Origin: an uncultured Methanolobus sp. | Lineage (GTDB): Archaea; Halobacteriota; Methanosarcinia; Methanosarcinales; Methanosarcinaceae | DNA length: 64,000 nucleotides | Direction: 5' to 3' | Assembly: GCA_963675495.1 (NCBI GenBank) | Contig: OY776215.1 | Span: 1,024,001-1,088,000, forward strand | In this document: positions 11,690 to 20,980 of the stretch, piece after piece | Layout: each line of letters starts with the position of its first letter | How positions within the stretch are numbered: position 1 is the first letter of the stretch | Translations under genes and position numbers: made by a program | The notes under the pieces: generated by a model | Told to the model about the DNA's origin: nothing | The model's input: the letters and a program-made list of their open reading frames with translations, nothing else | Database searches by the model: none

Positions 11690-12619
11690 ATGACTTACAT
11701 CGAAAAAATGACTCTTGATGTAGAATCACTCAAAGAGAAGATACTGCAACTCAAAAAAGAAAAAAATGCAGTTATACTTGCCCATAATTACCAGCTCGGA
11801 GAAGTGCAGGATATAGCTGACTTTATAGGCGACTCCCTGGAACTTGCCAGAAAAGCAGCTAACCTGGATGCAGATGTAATTGTATTTTGTGGAGTTGACT
11901 TCATGGCAGAGACAGCCGCCATCCTTTCACCTGAAAAGAAAGTGCTTCTGCCCGCTGCAGATGCAAACTGCCCAATGGCTGAAATGATAAATGCAGGGGA
12001 ACTCCGTGTCCTTAAGGAAAGGTTCCCGGAGGCTGCGGTGGTCTGCTATGTTAACACCACAGCAGAAGTGAAAGCAGAGAGCGATATATGCTGTACATCC
12101 TCAAATGCCGTAAAAGTGGTTGAATCACTTGATGCGGACAAGGTGATATTCGTACCTGACAGGAATCTGGGAAGTTACGTAGCCAGGTTCACCGATAAAG
12201 AGATCATGCCCTGGGAAGGATTCTGTTTTGTACATGACAGGATAACACCTGAAGATGTAAAGAAAGCACGTGAACTTCACCCCGATGCAGAAGTCCTTGT
12301 TCACCCGGAGTGCAGGGCTGAGGTCGTTGGCATAGCAGACCAGGTATTCTCAACATCCGGTATGATAAAACATGTCTGCAAGAGTGACAAAAGACAATTC
12401 ATTATCGGTACTGAAGTAGGGATACTTCACAGGATGAAAAAAGACTGCCCGGAAAAATCATGTTATCCCCTATCACCACAAGCCATATGCATTACTATGA
12501 AAAGAACAGACCTTGGAAAAGTGTACAGGTCACTTGAAAGTCTCACACCAAGGGTAACAGTGCCTGAAGATGTTGCGGACAGGGCACGTCTGGCAATTCA
12601 GAGGATGCTTGATATTTAG
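11690..12619 (+). CDS. nadA: quinolinate synthase
   Basis: AHNYQ, FCGVDFMAE, CPMA, YVNT, HPEC; start could be 11708. Confidence 0.97.
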   Translation: MTYIEKMTLDVESLKEKILQLKKEKNAVILAHNYQLGEVQDIADFIGDSLELARKAANLDADVIVFCGVDFMAETAAILSPEKKVLLPAADANCPMAEMINAGELRVLKERFPEAAVVCYVNTTAEVKAESDICCTSSNAVKVVESLDADKVIFVPDRNLGSYVARFTDKEIMPWEGFCFVHDRITPEDVKKARELHPDAEVLVHPECRAEVVGIADQVFSTSGMIKHVCKSDKRQFIIGTEVGILHRMKKDCPEKSCYPLSPQAICITMKRTDLGKVYRSLESLTPRVTVPEDVADRARLAIQRMLDI

Positions 12620-12648
12620 ATTTTAGCAAAAATGTTAACTTTGGAATT

Positions 12649-13056
12649 TTAGGAATTATGGGCTTCCCCGGGAATCCAGCGATCACCGGCATTTCCTATT
12701 TCCTTTTTCCATATAGGGACACTTTCCTTTATCCTTTCAAGGACATACTCACACGCATCAAACGCCTCCTTTCGGTGCCCTGCACCTACGACTATCAGGA
12801 GGATATTCTCGCCCACATGTAAATCCCCGATGCGGTGAATGACATCCACACTCTCAATGTCAAACTTTCCAAAGGCTTCATCGCGTATGGTTTCAAGCTC
12901 CCTTATTGCAACTTCTTCGTAAACTTCAAACTGGAGCATATCAATACCATCATCCCTCACAGTCCCAAGAAAAGTTACCAGAGCACCCATTTTACTGGTT
13001 CTTGCCTGTGAGAGCATTGAATTTACATCAAAATCATCATGTGTAATTTTAATCAT
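12649..13056 (-). CDS. moaE: molybdopterin synthase large subunit
   Basis: GALVTFLGTVR, HRIG, HRKEAF, PIWKKE; GGAGTGA RBS. Confidence 0.93.
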   Translation of the reverse strand: MIKITHDDFDVNSMLSQARTSKMGALVTFLGTVRDDGIDMLQFEVYEEVAIRELETIRDEAFGKFDIESVDVIHRIGDLHVGENILLIVVGAGHRKEAFDACEYVLERIKESVPIWKKEIGNAGDRWIPGEAHNS

Positions 13057-13066
13057 ATGATCACTC

Positions 13067-13801
13067 CTATGACTTGTTGGTTTTACCACATACACTGCAA
13101 TCAGGTCTTCTGGATACCTTCAGAGTTTCCATCTCCGAATGAAGACCATTCCAGATTAGAAGCCTGTTTGTCAGAAGGCTGCCAGTACCTACCAGATACT
13201 TGATTACCTCATTGACCTGTATCATAGCGATTATACCAGGGGTCACGCCAACAACCGGAAACACTTCGGTTGGCGGAGGTGAAGGAAAAACACAGTTAAA
13301 GCATGCACTTTCCCCGGGGATGATAGACATGGCCTGTCCGTCAAAACCACTTATTGCCCCATGAATAAGTGGAATACCTTTTTCGTGGGCGACCTGATTG
13401 AGAAGATAACGGACATGGTAATTATCCATGGCATCAACTATGATGTCCGCGTCTCCTACAAGCTCCCTGATATTTGATTCATCTATTGTCAGATGAAATG
13501 TTTCCACATCAATGTGAGGATTGGCTTCCTGTAGCTTGTTTCCAACAGATGATACCTTTGCTCTGCCGACGTCTGTTTCCCAATGCAATACCTGCCGGTT
13601 AAGATTGCTTAGTTCCACGGAATCGCGGTCTGCAATTCTCAGGTTCCCCACGCCTGCAACTGCAAGATAAAGTGCAATTGGACATCCAAGTCCTCCTGCA
13701 CCTGCAATGAAAACCTTTGCATCTTTTAAGCGCTTCTGGCCATCCTCACCAAAAAGCATTATCTGCCTGTTGTAACGTTCAAGCTCTTCCTTGCTTAACA
13801 T
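13067..13801 (-). CDS. ThiF/MoeB/UbaA E1-like adenylyltransferase
   Basis: RYNRQI, GAGGLG, SNLNRQ, two CxxC motifs. Confidence 0.93.
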   Translation of the reverse strand: MLSKEELERYNRQIMLFGEDGQKRLKDAKVFIAGAGGLGCPIALYLAVAGVGNLRIADRDSVELSNLNRQVLHWETDVGRAKVSSVGNKLQEANPHIDVETFHLTIDESNIRELVGDADIIVDAMDNYHVRYLLNQVAHEKGIPLIHGAISGFDGQAMSIIPGESACFNCVFPSPPPTEVFPVVGVTPGIIAMIQVNEVIKYLVGTGSLLTNRLLIWNGLHSEMETLKVSRRPDCSVCGKTNKS

Positions 13802-13841
13802 GATACACATTCCTCAAATCTAATAATAAAGGAGAAGGAAA

Positions 13842-15215
13842 TCAGAGATTACCCTTGTTGACCTTTATTTCATACTTTTCTGCAATTTCCTGAAGTGAGT
13901 CTGCAAGATAGTTTACCTTTTCCCATGAAAGACCATAGGTACTTAGCTTCCATGCACGAGTTGCACCAGCAAATTCTCCCACTATTCCTTTCTTTGAGAG
14001 TTCATCGGAGAAGAAGAAACCTCTTCTTTTGTGGCTGTTTGCAACAACATCAAAGCTTCCGGTAGTGTCAACCTTTGAAAGTGCGTGCTTTCGGGGGTAC
14101 TCAGATAATACTGTACTTCCTTCTATTTCAAGCAACTTATCCATGAGGAAATTAGATTTCTTCACTTCCTCTTCCCAGTTCTGTGTACGTTCCTTAACAG
14201 CGGGGAAAGAAGCTATCATTGCCATCAAAGTTGAACCCATGAGGGTACATCCAAGCATCTCGACCTCTTTCACCCCGAATTTGCGATTGGTCAGGTCACC
14301 TGTCATCTGGGTTGTCCTGAATACTACATCAGCCCATTCATCGGTAGTTGCAAGGACACCTGATGGTGCAGGGGATGCCATACTCTTGTGACCGGAGCCG
14401 ACTATGAAGTCTGCACCGATTCTTTTTCCATCCACGGGCATCACACCTACTGTGTACGCTCCATTGTAAAGGTAGGGAATATCATACTGCCAGGCAATTT
14501 TTCCAATTCCTCTGACATCATGCTCATTGGCAAGCTGATAGTCGAAATGGTCCATCATGATAAGTGCTGGAACCTTTCCAGTCTCAGCAGTAACCTCCTC
14601 GATCTTATCTGCTACCGCATCGCCTGTTATGATATTATCCTCATTGAGAGGAACTTCCTTAACAACACCACCTGCCCCTTCAACCGCAAGGAACTCAGTG
14701 TAGTGTGCCAGCGAAGAGACAATAACAGGATCACCGGGTTTCACAATACTGGAAGTAACTGCCTGAAATCCCCTTCTTGCTCCCGGCACTACACGGGCTG
14801 TACCCATGTTAAGGAAAGCTGCAAGCTCCTGATGGAAGTCAGCAATTGGCGGCTTGGATATCTTGTCAAGTCTGAAGGGCTTACGGCAACTGTCACAGGT
14901 AGAGTATCCGTCCCCATATGCAATGAGTGCCTTGCGAGCCTCGGGGGTTAGTCTTCCTGCTGCCTGTATGGGTTGGATGTTTACGTATTCTTCCTCACGG
15001 CTTCGAATACCCAGTGTCCCACCGATCTTAGTGACCTCAGGAACGCCGGTTCCAGCTTCCAGATCGTCTATTACCGACCTGATATGCCGTATCTGATCGT
15101 TGAACCCATCCATGTCTGCAGGACCAGTTGAACCTGGTAAGGACTGGCGCAGCGTCTCACGGATGTCTTCAAGGGCAAATAGCGCTTCAAATGTTTTCTG
15201 TGCTCTGATATCCAT
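13842..15215 (-). CDS. pscS: O-phosphoseryl-tRNA:Cys-tRNA synthase with N-terminal extension
   Basis: NIQPIQAAGRLT, GYSTCDSC, SGHKS (PLP lysine), LGCT. Confidence 0.93.
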   Translation of the reverse strand: MDIRAQKTFEALFALEDIRETLRQSLPGSTGPADMDGFNDQIRHIRSVIDDLEAGTGVPEVTKIGGTLGIRSREEEYVNIQPIQAAGRLTPEARKALIAYGDGYSTCDSCRKPFRLDKISKPPIADFHQELAAFLNMGTARVVPGARRGFQAVTSSIVKPGDPVIVSSLAHYTEFLAVEGAGGVVKEVPLNEDNIITGDAVADKIEEVTAETGKVPALIMMDHFDYQLANEHDVRGIGKIAWQYDIPYLYNGAYTVGVMPVDGKRIGADFIVGSGHKSMASPAPSGVLATTDEWADVVFRTTQMTGDLTNRKFGVKEVEMLGCTLMGSTLMAMIASFPAVKERTQNWEEEVKKSNFLMDKLLEIEGSTVLSEYPRKHALSKVDTTGSFDVVANSHKRRGFFFSDELSKKGIVGEFAGATRAWKLSTYGLSWEKVNYLADSLQEIAEKYEIKVNKGNL

Positions 15216-15304
15216 AGGAATACCTCTTGACGCATCCTGACTGTCAATGAATAAATGTCACCGTTCGACTAAATACGTCATTAATATCATGAATTTTAAA
15301 TTAA

Positions 15305-15339
15305 TTCACGATTGTGAATTGATAGTTAACAATTGTGAA
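15305..15339. promoter_or_regulatory. tandem TTCACAATTGTGAA-type operators at the pscS promoter
   Basis: TTCACGATTGTGAA (15305-15318) and TTAACAATTGTGAA (15326-15339), 21-bp period, next to a minus-strand TTTATATA box. Confidence 0.75.
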
Positions 15340-15409
15340 TATATAAAACTATTGCATAAATGAAAAGTCCAAACTAAGAAGAGAAAAGACTTTTAAGACT
15401 TAGACCTTA

Positions 15410-15423
15410 TTCACAATTGTGAG
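15410..15423. promoter_or_regulatory. operator upstream of the regulator/desulfurase operon
   Basis: TTCACAATTGTGAG downstream of BRE/TATA AAAGACTTTTAAG. Confidence 0.75.
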
Positions 15424-15471
15424 TAAGCTCCATTAAAAATAATCAATTTAAATCAAGAGGAAATCAATATC

Positions 15472-15777
15472 ATGAAATTACCCTGTCAGATGATTGTCTG
15501 GGATGTTCTACCAGCCATCAGAGCAGCAATTGCAGAAGAACTTGTTAACTGCGGACTTTCTCAGCAGGAAGTCGCCAGAGAGCTGGACATGGCACCTTCG
15601 GCCGTCTCGCAATACCTTTCCAAGAAAAGAGGTTACCGCATAGTATTTGATGAAAATGTCAAAGAATCCATACGCATTCTTGCTGATGATATGAAAGAGA
15701 ATCGCGTTGATGACCTTGCAGATAGAATCTGCAGTATTTGCCGGCAATTGCGTGAAGATGACCAGCAATGCAAATGA
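15472..15777 (+). CDS. HTH transcriptional regulator (XRE/ThiR N-terminal-like) with PC and CxxC cysteines
   Basis: LPAIRAAIAEEL..GLSQQEVA..SAVSQYLSKKRG; CSIC near the C-terminus. Confidence 0.85.
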   Translation: MKLPCQMIVWDVLPAIRAAIAEELVNCGLSQQEVARELDMAPSAVSQYLSKKRGYRIVFDENVKESIRILADDMKENRVDDLADRICSICRQLREDDQQCK

Positions 15778-15825
15778 ATTAGTAAGATTCTTCGCTACTT
15801 GTGATGCTTACCCGGATGATCTTAA

Positions 15826-17010
15826 ATGCTAAACGTAAAGAGGATAAGAAACGATTTTCCAATCCTTGCGGACATTTCCTATATGGATAATGCAGCAACC
15901 AGCCTTTCCCCTGAACAGGTAATCAGTTCCACAAACGATTTTGAAAGACACTATCGCGCCAATGTTGGAAGAGGAGTGCATCGTCTTACAAATGTAGCCT
16001 CACAGAGATATTGGCACGCGCACGAAAAAATTGCCAGATTCATTGACGGGGAACATGGTACAATCGTTCTTACTAAAAACACAACAGAAGCCATCAATAT
16101 GGTTGCCTGTGGGACAAAGTGGAATAAAGGAGACAACGTGGTCACCACTATCCTTGAACATCACTCTAATTTTCTTCCGTGGATGCGTTTGCATAATAGA
16201 GGCGTAGATATTTCAGTAGTAAGAGCGGACCTTTATGGTTCATTTAGCATTGGAGACTTTGAAGCCACCATTAATGAGAACACAAAAATTGTTGCAGTTA
16301 CCCATGCTTCAAATGTACTTGGAAACCTGCTGCCAATGAAAGAGATATCCGCCATCTGTAAGGATTACGGAGCGAAACTGCTTATAGACGGAGCGCAATC
16401 CGTCCCACACATCCCTGTCAATGTGAAAGAACTAGGCTGTGATTATCTCTGCTTTTCAGGTCATAAGATGCTAGGACCCACCGGTACAGGAATACTGTGG
16501 ATGAAAGAGCCAGATATTCAGCCACTTATGCTTGGTGGCGGTATGATAGGAAGAGTATCGTCCAATGATTACACTCTTGCTGAAGATTATCAGAAGTATG
16601 AAGCGGGAACCCCCAATATATCGGGCATGATAGGACTTGCACGAGCTGTTGATTATCTTGAAGATATCGGAATGCAGAATGTAAGAGAACATGAGGAATA
16701 CCTGACGAAAAAACTGCTTGAAGGACTTCAAGATATCAGTGATGTAACTGTTTACGGACCTGAAGCCAACCACGAAAGAATAGGAGTAGTATCCTTCAAT
16801 ATCGAAGGAATGCACCCTCATGAAGTAGCACATATCCTTGATGAAGGAGCAGCCATAATGGCCAGGTCAGGAGAACATTGCTGTCAGCCCCTGATGGAGT
16901 ATCTGGGACTGGAGAATGGCACTGTAAGGGCAAGCCTCTACCTGTACAACACCGAAGAAGAAGTTGACCTTCTGATAGCTACAATGGAAGAAATGACAAG
17001 GAGATTATGA
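15826..17010 (+). CDS. cysteine desulfurase, SufS/Csd type
   Basis: YMDNAATS, EHHSN, DGAQS, SGHKMLGPTG, RSGEHC. Confidence 0.93.
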   Translation: MLNVKRIRNDFPILADISYMDNAATSLSPEQVISSTNDFERHYRANVGRGVHRLTNVASQRYWHAHEKIARFIDGEHGTIVLTKNTTEAINMVACGTKWNKGDNVVTTILEHHSNFLPWMRLHNRGVDISVVRADLYGSFSIGDFEATINENTKIVAVTHASNVLGNLLPMKEISAICKDYGAKLLIDGAQSVPHIPVNVKELGCDYLCFSGHKMLGPTGTGILWMKEPDIQPLMLGGGMIGRVSSNDYTLAEDYQKYEAGTPNISGMIGLARAVDYLEDIGMQNVREHEEYLTKKLLEGLQDISDVTVYGPEANHERIGVVSFNIEGMHPHEVAHILDEGAAIMARSGEHCCQPLMEYLGLENGTVRASLYLYNTEEEVDLLIATMEEMTRRL

Positions 17011-17814
17011 ATGTACAGGGAAGTCGATTGCATAAAAGGAGATGATGATTCCTTTGAACTGGAAATGCATCCAGTTATAGAAGAGATGCCACTTGCTGTT
17101 ACAGTGAATGGGAGGCATGCCCTTACAGCAATGATAAGTCCTGACCTGCTCCGGGAATTCATCCTTGGTTTTCTTTTCACGGAAGGCATAATCAAGGACA
17201 TATACGAGGTCGAGTCCATAAGGATAGAAGACAGTAATGCCAGTGTACTGTCGAAAAATCCTTTCAAGATACTTGCATCAAAGAAAACAGTCCTCAGTGG
17301 TTGTGGGGGATCGATGTCTTATCTTGATATTGTCAAGCTTCCTGAAATAAATTCAAGCCTTCGCCTTGATTCTGAAACTATACGTGATTCTGTGAAAGAA
17401 GCTCTTGATTCAAAGCTTCACGTACTTACAGGAGGTATACATGTAGTCGGACTGTACAATGCCAGCGGAAAAGTGTGCGTTGTTGAGGACATAGGCAGGC
17501 ACAATGCGCTTGACAAGATAATTGGATATGCACTTGAGAACGACATCGACCTATCCAGCACATACATCATCTGTTCCGGCAGGATATCATCGGAAATGGT
17601 GAGAAAATGTCTGACTGCAAATATACCTGTTGTCGTTTCAAGAGGAGCAACTACTACACTTGCCATAGATATAGCAAAATCCCGTGGTCTTACCATTGTA
17701 GGTTTTGTGCGGAGCAAAAAAATGAATGTTTACTCATGGGGAAACAGAATAACAGATATACCTTCTCCAGTTTCCGAATCTCTGGTGGATGCAGCACAGA
17801 ACAAAACAGAATAA
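17011..17814 (+). CDS. fdhD: formate dehydrogenase accessory sulfurtransferase
   Basis: SGCG, TGGIH, EDIGRHNALDK, SGRISSEMV. Confidence 0.93.
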   Translation: MYREVDCIKGDDDSFELEMHPVIEEMPLAVTVNGRHALTAMISPDLLREFILGFLFTEGIIKDIYEVESIRIEDSNASVLSKNPFKILASKKTVLSGCGGSMSYLDIVKLPEINSSLRLDSETIRDSVKEALDSKLHVLTGGIHVVGLYNASGKVCVVEDIGRHNALDKIIGYALENDIDLSSTYIICSGRISSEMVRKCLTANIPVVVSRGATTTLAIDIAKSRGLTIVGFVRSKKMNVYSWGNRITDIPSPVSESLVDAAQNKTE

Positions 17815-17826
17815 AATATCCCTCGG

Positions 17827-18021
17827 TCAGCCACCGAATACAACCTGCATTATACGAATATCATCACAGTTATTGAGTACAGTATCCACAGGAATGATAT
17901 GCCCATCCCTTGACACAAGCACTTCTCCCTGGCTGATCTTCAGCCCACGCAGCAACTCTTCAACAGTAATTGGTCCTAAATTCATTTCTCCGGTTTTACC
18001 GGATGGTAATTTTACTTTCAT
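17827..18021 (-). CDS. ThiS/MoaD-family sulfur carrier (SAMP-like)
   Basis: 64 aa, beta-grasp pattern, C-terminal VVFGG. Confidence 0.88.
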   Translation of the reverse strand: MKVKLPSGKTGEMNLGPITVEELLRGLKISQGEVLVSRDGHIIPVDTVLNNCDDIRIMQVVFGG

Positions 18022-18088
18022 GGTTCTGCCTGAATAAGTGATAATAATAAAATGAGGAATTTAGACTTTCAGATTAGTACGTTTTTTA

Positions 18089-18180
18089 GCAGGAGTCATG
18101 ATAACTCCTGCAATAAAGGTCGAGAAGACCACAACCCAAGGCCCGGATTCAAGCTGTGATGAATGGTTCCGGAACCTTGG
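18089..18180 (-). ncRNA. candidate structured 5' leader or sRNA upstream of the SAMP gene
   Basis: Three adjacent hairpins (18136-18180, 18118-18130, 18089-18111); G-U pairs favour the minus strand. Confidence 0.45.
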
Positions 18181-18192
18181 AGAACGTTTTTC

Positions 18193-18206
18193 TTCACAAT
18201 TGTGAA
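18193..18206. promoter_or_regulatory. perfect TTCACAATTGTGAA operator
   Basis: Perfect 14-bp palindrome about 22 nt downstream of a minus-strand TTAAATA box (18228-18234). Confidence 0.75.
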
Positions 18207-18441
18207 TATGTATTATAAGCACCTGTAATATTTAAGACTTTTGTTCGTGAGAGTACAAACTGTTATTACGAGCATATTCTTATAAAAGGGAAAAGAAAAA
18301 GATAACAAAACTCATAAACCGGCAATATAATTCTGTTTTCGCGGGTAGAAATACCATTTCTCACATCATATTTCTTACATAGTCAGACAAAAAAAACTTC
18401 GTAATAAATTACTTATTCACACATTTGAAATAAGACACTGT

Positions 18442-19815
18442 TTATGCATTTATTGCCTTTATTCTGGTTACCCCAAGTTTGTTTACTTCTTTTTTCATTA
18501 GAACCACTGCCACAATAAATCCAAGGAAATCAGATACCGGGAATGATAGCCATATACCTGTCACACCCATGAACAATGGCAGTACCAGTAAAAGAGGTGG
18601 CAGGAAAAACACCTGCCTTGAAAGTGTAACTATCAATGCTTGTTTTGATTTACCCATAGACTGGAGCAGGGCCGTAGCCACTACCTGACTTCCTATGAAA
18701 GGCATCATGAGGAAGCTTATTTTTATTGCCGGTACTCCCATAGCTAACAGCTCAGAATCATTACTGAAAACCCTGAATATCTGCTCTGGAATAAGGAAGA
18801 CAACAATGACACTAATTATGCATATGCCAAATGCAATGTAATTTGAAAGTGAGACCGCTTCCCTGACCCTCCCAAAATCATTAGCACCGTAATTGAAACC
18901 GAATATGGGCAGTATTCCATGCTTGATACCTATAAGTGGCATCAGGAAAATCATGAACACTTTGATAATAATACCAAATACAGCTATAGCCACATCCCCT
19001 CCATACACAAGGAGACTCTGGTTCAAAAGAATAAAGACCAGACTTTCCACTGAATTGAAAATGAATTCGGACATGCCTATGCCTATAGTTTCCTGGGAAA
19101 TGGCAAGATCCGGTGTCATATATTCCGGTTTAAACGCCACCATGTTAATGTTGCCCCTATAATAGTGAATTATCATCACACAGCCAATAATCTGAGATAT
19201 GACTGTTGCAACTGCAGCCCCTATAATTCCCATGTTGAACTCAAAGATAAAGATCGGGTCTAGTATTATATTCACAACACTTGAGACTAGCATGACAGAC
19301 ATCGCAAACTTTGCATGGCCCTCTGCTCTTATGGCGTTGCTCATGGCTGCAGAAAAAGCAAAAAATATGGTTCCTATGAGAATATACTTCGTATAATCCC
19401 TTGCAAAGGGTAGTACACTCTCAGAAGCACCAAATAACCTTAACATTGGATCAATGAATAATAATCCCAAGACTGTAAAGATCACACTTGCTATAATTAC
19501 CAGAGTGACCATATTAGCCAGAGTTCTCTCAGCCTTGTCTGAATCACCCATTCCCAGAGCTCTCGAGATGACAGACGCACCTCCAATGCCTATTCCCATG
19601 GCTATTGCCATCATAAGCATCTGTATAGGAAACGCAACAGAGATTCCCGCTATTCCAAGAGCACTGTCAGCGCCCAGTCCCCTGCCCACAAATATGGTGT
19701 CCACGAGATTATAGAATGCCTGTACAAGCAATCCTATAATTGCAGGTGTTGAAAGCTTGAAGATGAGTTTCCTTATACTCTCGGTTGCAAGCATATCGTA
19801 TCTTTCGTGTTTCAT
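18442..19815 (-). CDS. MATE family efflux transporter
   Basis: YNLVDTIFVG, NIILDPIFIF, about 12 TM segments. Confidence 0.93.
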   Translation of the reverse strand: MKHERYDMLATESIRKLIFKLSTPAIIGLLVQAFYNLVDTIFVGRGLGADSALGIAGISVAFPIQMLMMAIAMGIGIGGASVISRALGMGDSDKAERTLANMVTLVIIASVIFTVLGLLFIDPMLRLFGASESVLPFARDYTKYILIGTIFFAFSAAMSNAIRAEGHAKFAMSVMLVSSVVNIILDPIFIFEFNMGIIGAAVATVISQIIGCVMIIHYYRGNINMVAFKPEYMTPDLAISQETIGIGMSEFIFNSVESLVFILLNQSLLVYGGDVAIAVFGIIIKVFMIFLMPLIGIKHGILPIFGFNYGANDFGRVREAVSLSNYIAFGICIISVIVVFLIPEQIFRVFSNDSELLAMGVPAIKISFLMMPFIGSQVVATALLQSMGKSKQALIVTLSRQVFFLPPLLLVLPLFMGVTGIWLSFPVSDFLGFIVAVVLMKKEVNKLGVTRIKAINA

Positions 19816-20016
19816 ACAATGGACATCCTGATGGGGAGGTGGGTAAGAGCACCTTGAATGAGTTTGCCGTATTTAATCATTTGCAAACTCTAAGCAAACA
19901 AAGGACATTAAACTTGGCACCCCAATCAATATTAAAATCAAATTTTAAACCAACATCCTATACAACACTATATTTATCTCCAATGAGAAACATGCAAATC
20001 CTTATACTCAAATAAT

Positions 20017-20088
20017 GGACCTGTAGTGTAGTGGATATCACTTTAGCCTCCGGAGCTTAGAACCCGGGTTCGATTCCCGGCAGGTTCG
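20017..20088 (+). tRNA. tRNA-Arg(CCG)
   Basis: Acceptor GGACCTG/CAGGTTC, anticodon loop CTCCGGA, T-arm CCGGG-TTCGATT-CCCGG; CCA not encoded. Confidence 0.93.
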
Positions 20089-20200
20089 TCAACATTTTTG
20101 CTATTGAGATTCTTTTTATCTTTATATAAGAATTGAGCCACCTCTCATCTTTATATACATACAGAACCAAATTATTTCATCAATAATTGAGGTGGGAGTT

Positions 20201-20698
20201 ATGAAAACATTAGTAACATATATGTCACAGACAGGGAATACAAAAAAACTGGCAGAAGCAATTTTTACTGAAATTGCTGGTGAAAAGGATATAAAAGACA
20301 TTAAGGATGCAAGCAATTTTGAAGGCTATGATCTTGTATTTGTAGGATTTCCGGTAATTCAATTCACAATTCCACCGAATATTTCCAAATTTGTTTCAGA
20401 GAATGTGGATGATAAGAACATAGCATTCTTCATGACCCATGGTGTTCCTGATGGATTTGAAGCCATTAAATCATGGACAGGATCAATAAAGGATATAGCA
20501 GCCAGTGGTAATTTACTTGGTACATTTGAATGTCAGGGTGAGATTGCACAGAACGTTCTTGATATGCTCGAAAAGTCCGATGATCCTGAAATGAAGGCCT
20601 TTGCCAAGTTGGGTCCTGGCGCAAAAGGACAGCCTGATGAAGCCCATGTTCAGAAAGTAAAGGACTTTGCAAAGGAAATTCAGTCAAAGGTCCAGTAA
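20201..20698 (+). CDS. flavodoxin family protein
   Basis: SQTGNTKKLAEAI FMN loop; paralog of 28359-28856. Confidence 0.88.
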   Translation: MKTLVTYMSQTGNTKKLAEAIFTEIAGEKDIKDIKDASNFEGYDLVFVGFPVIQFTIPPNISKFVSENVDDKNIAFFMTHGVPDGFEAIKSWTGSIKDIAASGNLLGTFECQGEIAQNVLDMLEKSDDPEMKAFAKLGPGAKGQPDEAHVQKVKDFAKEIQSKVQ

Positions 20699-20980
20699 AG
20701 AGTTACTAATGGTTGTATCCGGGCTAAAGCAAAACTGAATACTACTGCTTAACATCTGATCAGCCAATTCCAAAGTAAATATTAAAAAATGAAAGGCAAT
20801 AGAAGCCTTTTATTCTCTTTTTTTTAAGAAATTGTGTAACAGTATAGGCTCCCCGGAGATTATCCACCTATTATAGTTATTATAATAACAACCGACATAA
20901 TGTCCACAACATTCTTTTAATATTATAATAATATTGGATTATATATTCATACAAACGTCGGAAAAGCAACGGTGTTCAAA

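Noticed and set aside
18089-18180. TPP or Moco riboswitch upstream of the ThiS/MoaD gene
   Set aside because: Consensus elements (CUGAGA/ACCUGAU for TPP; GGAAAC/GCCUCC for Moco) are absent
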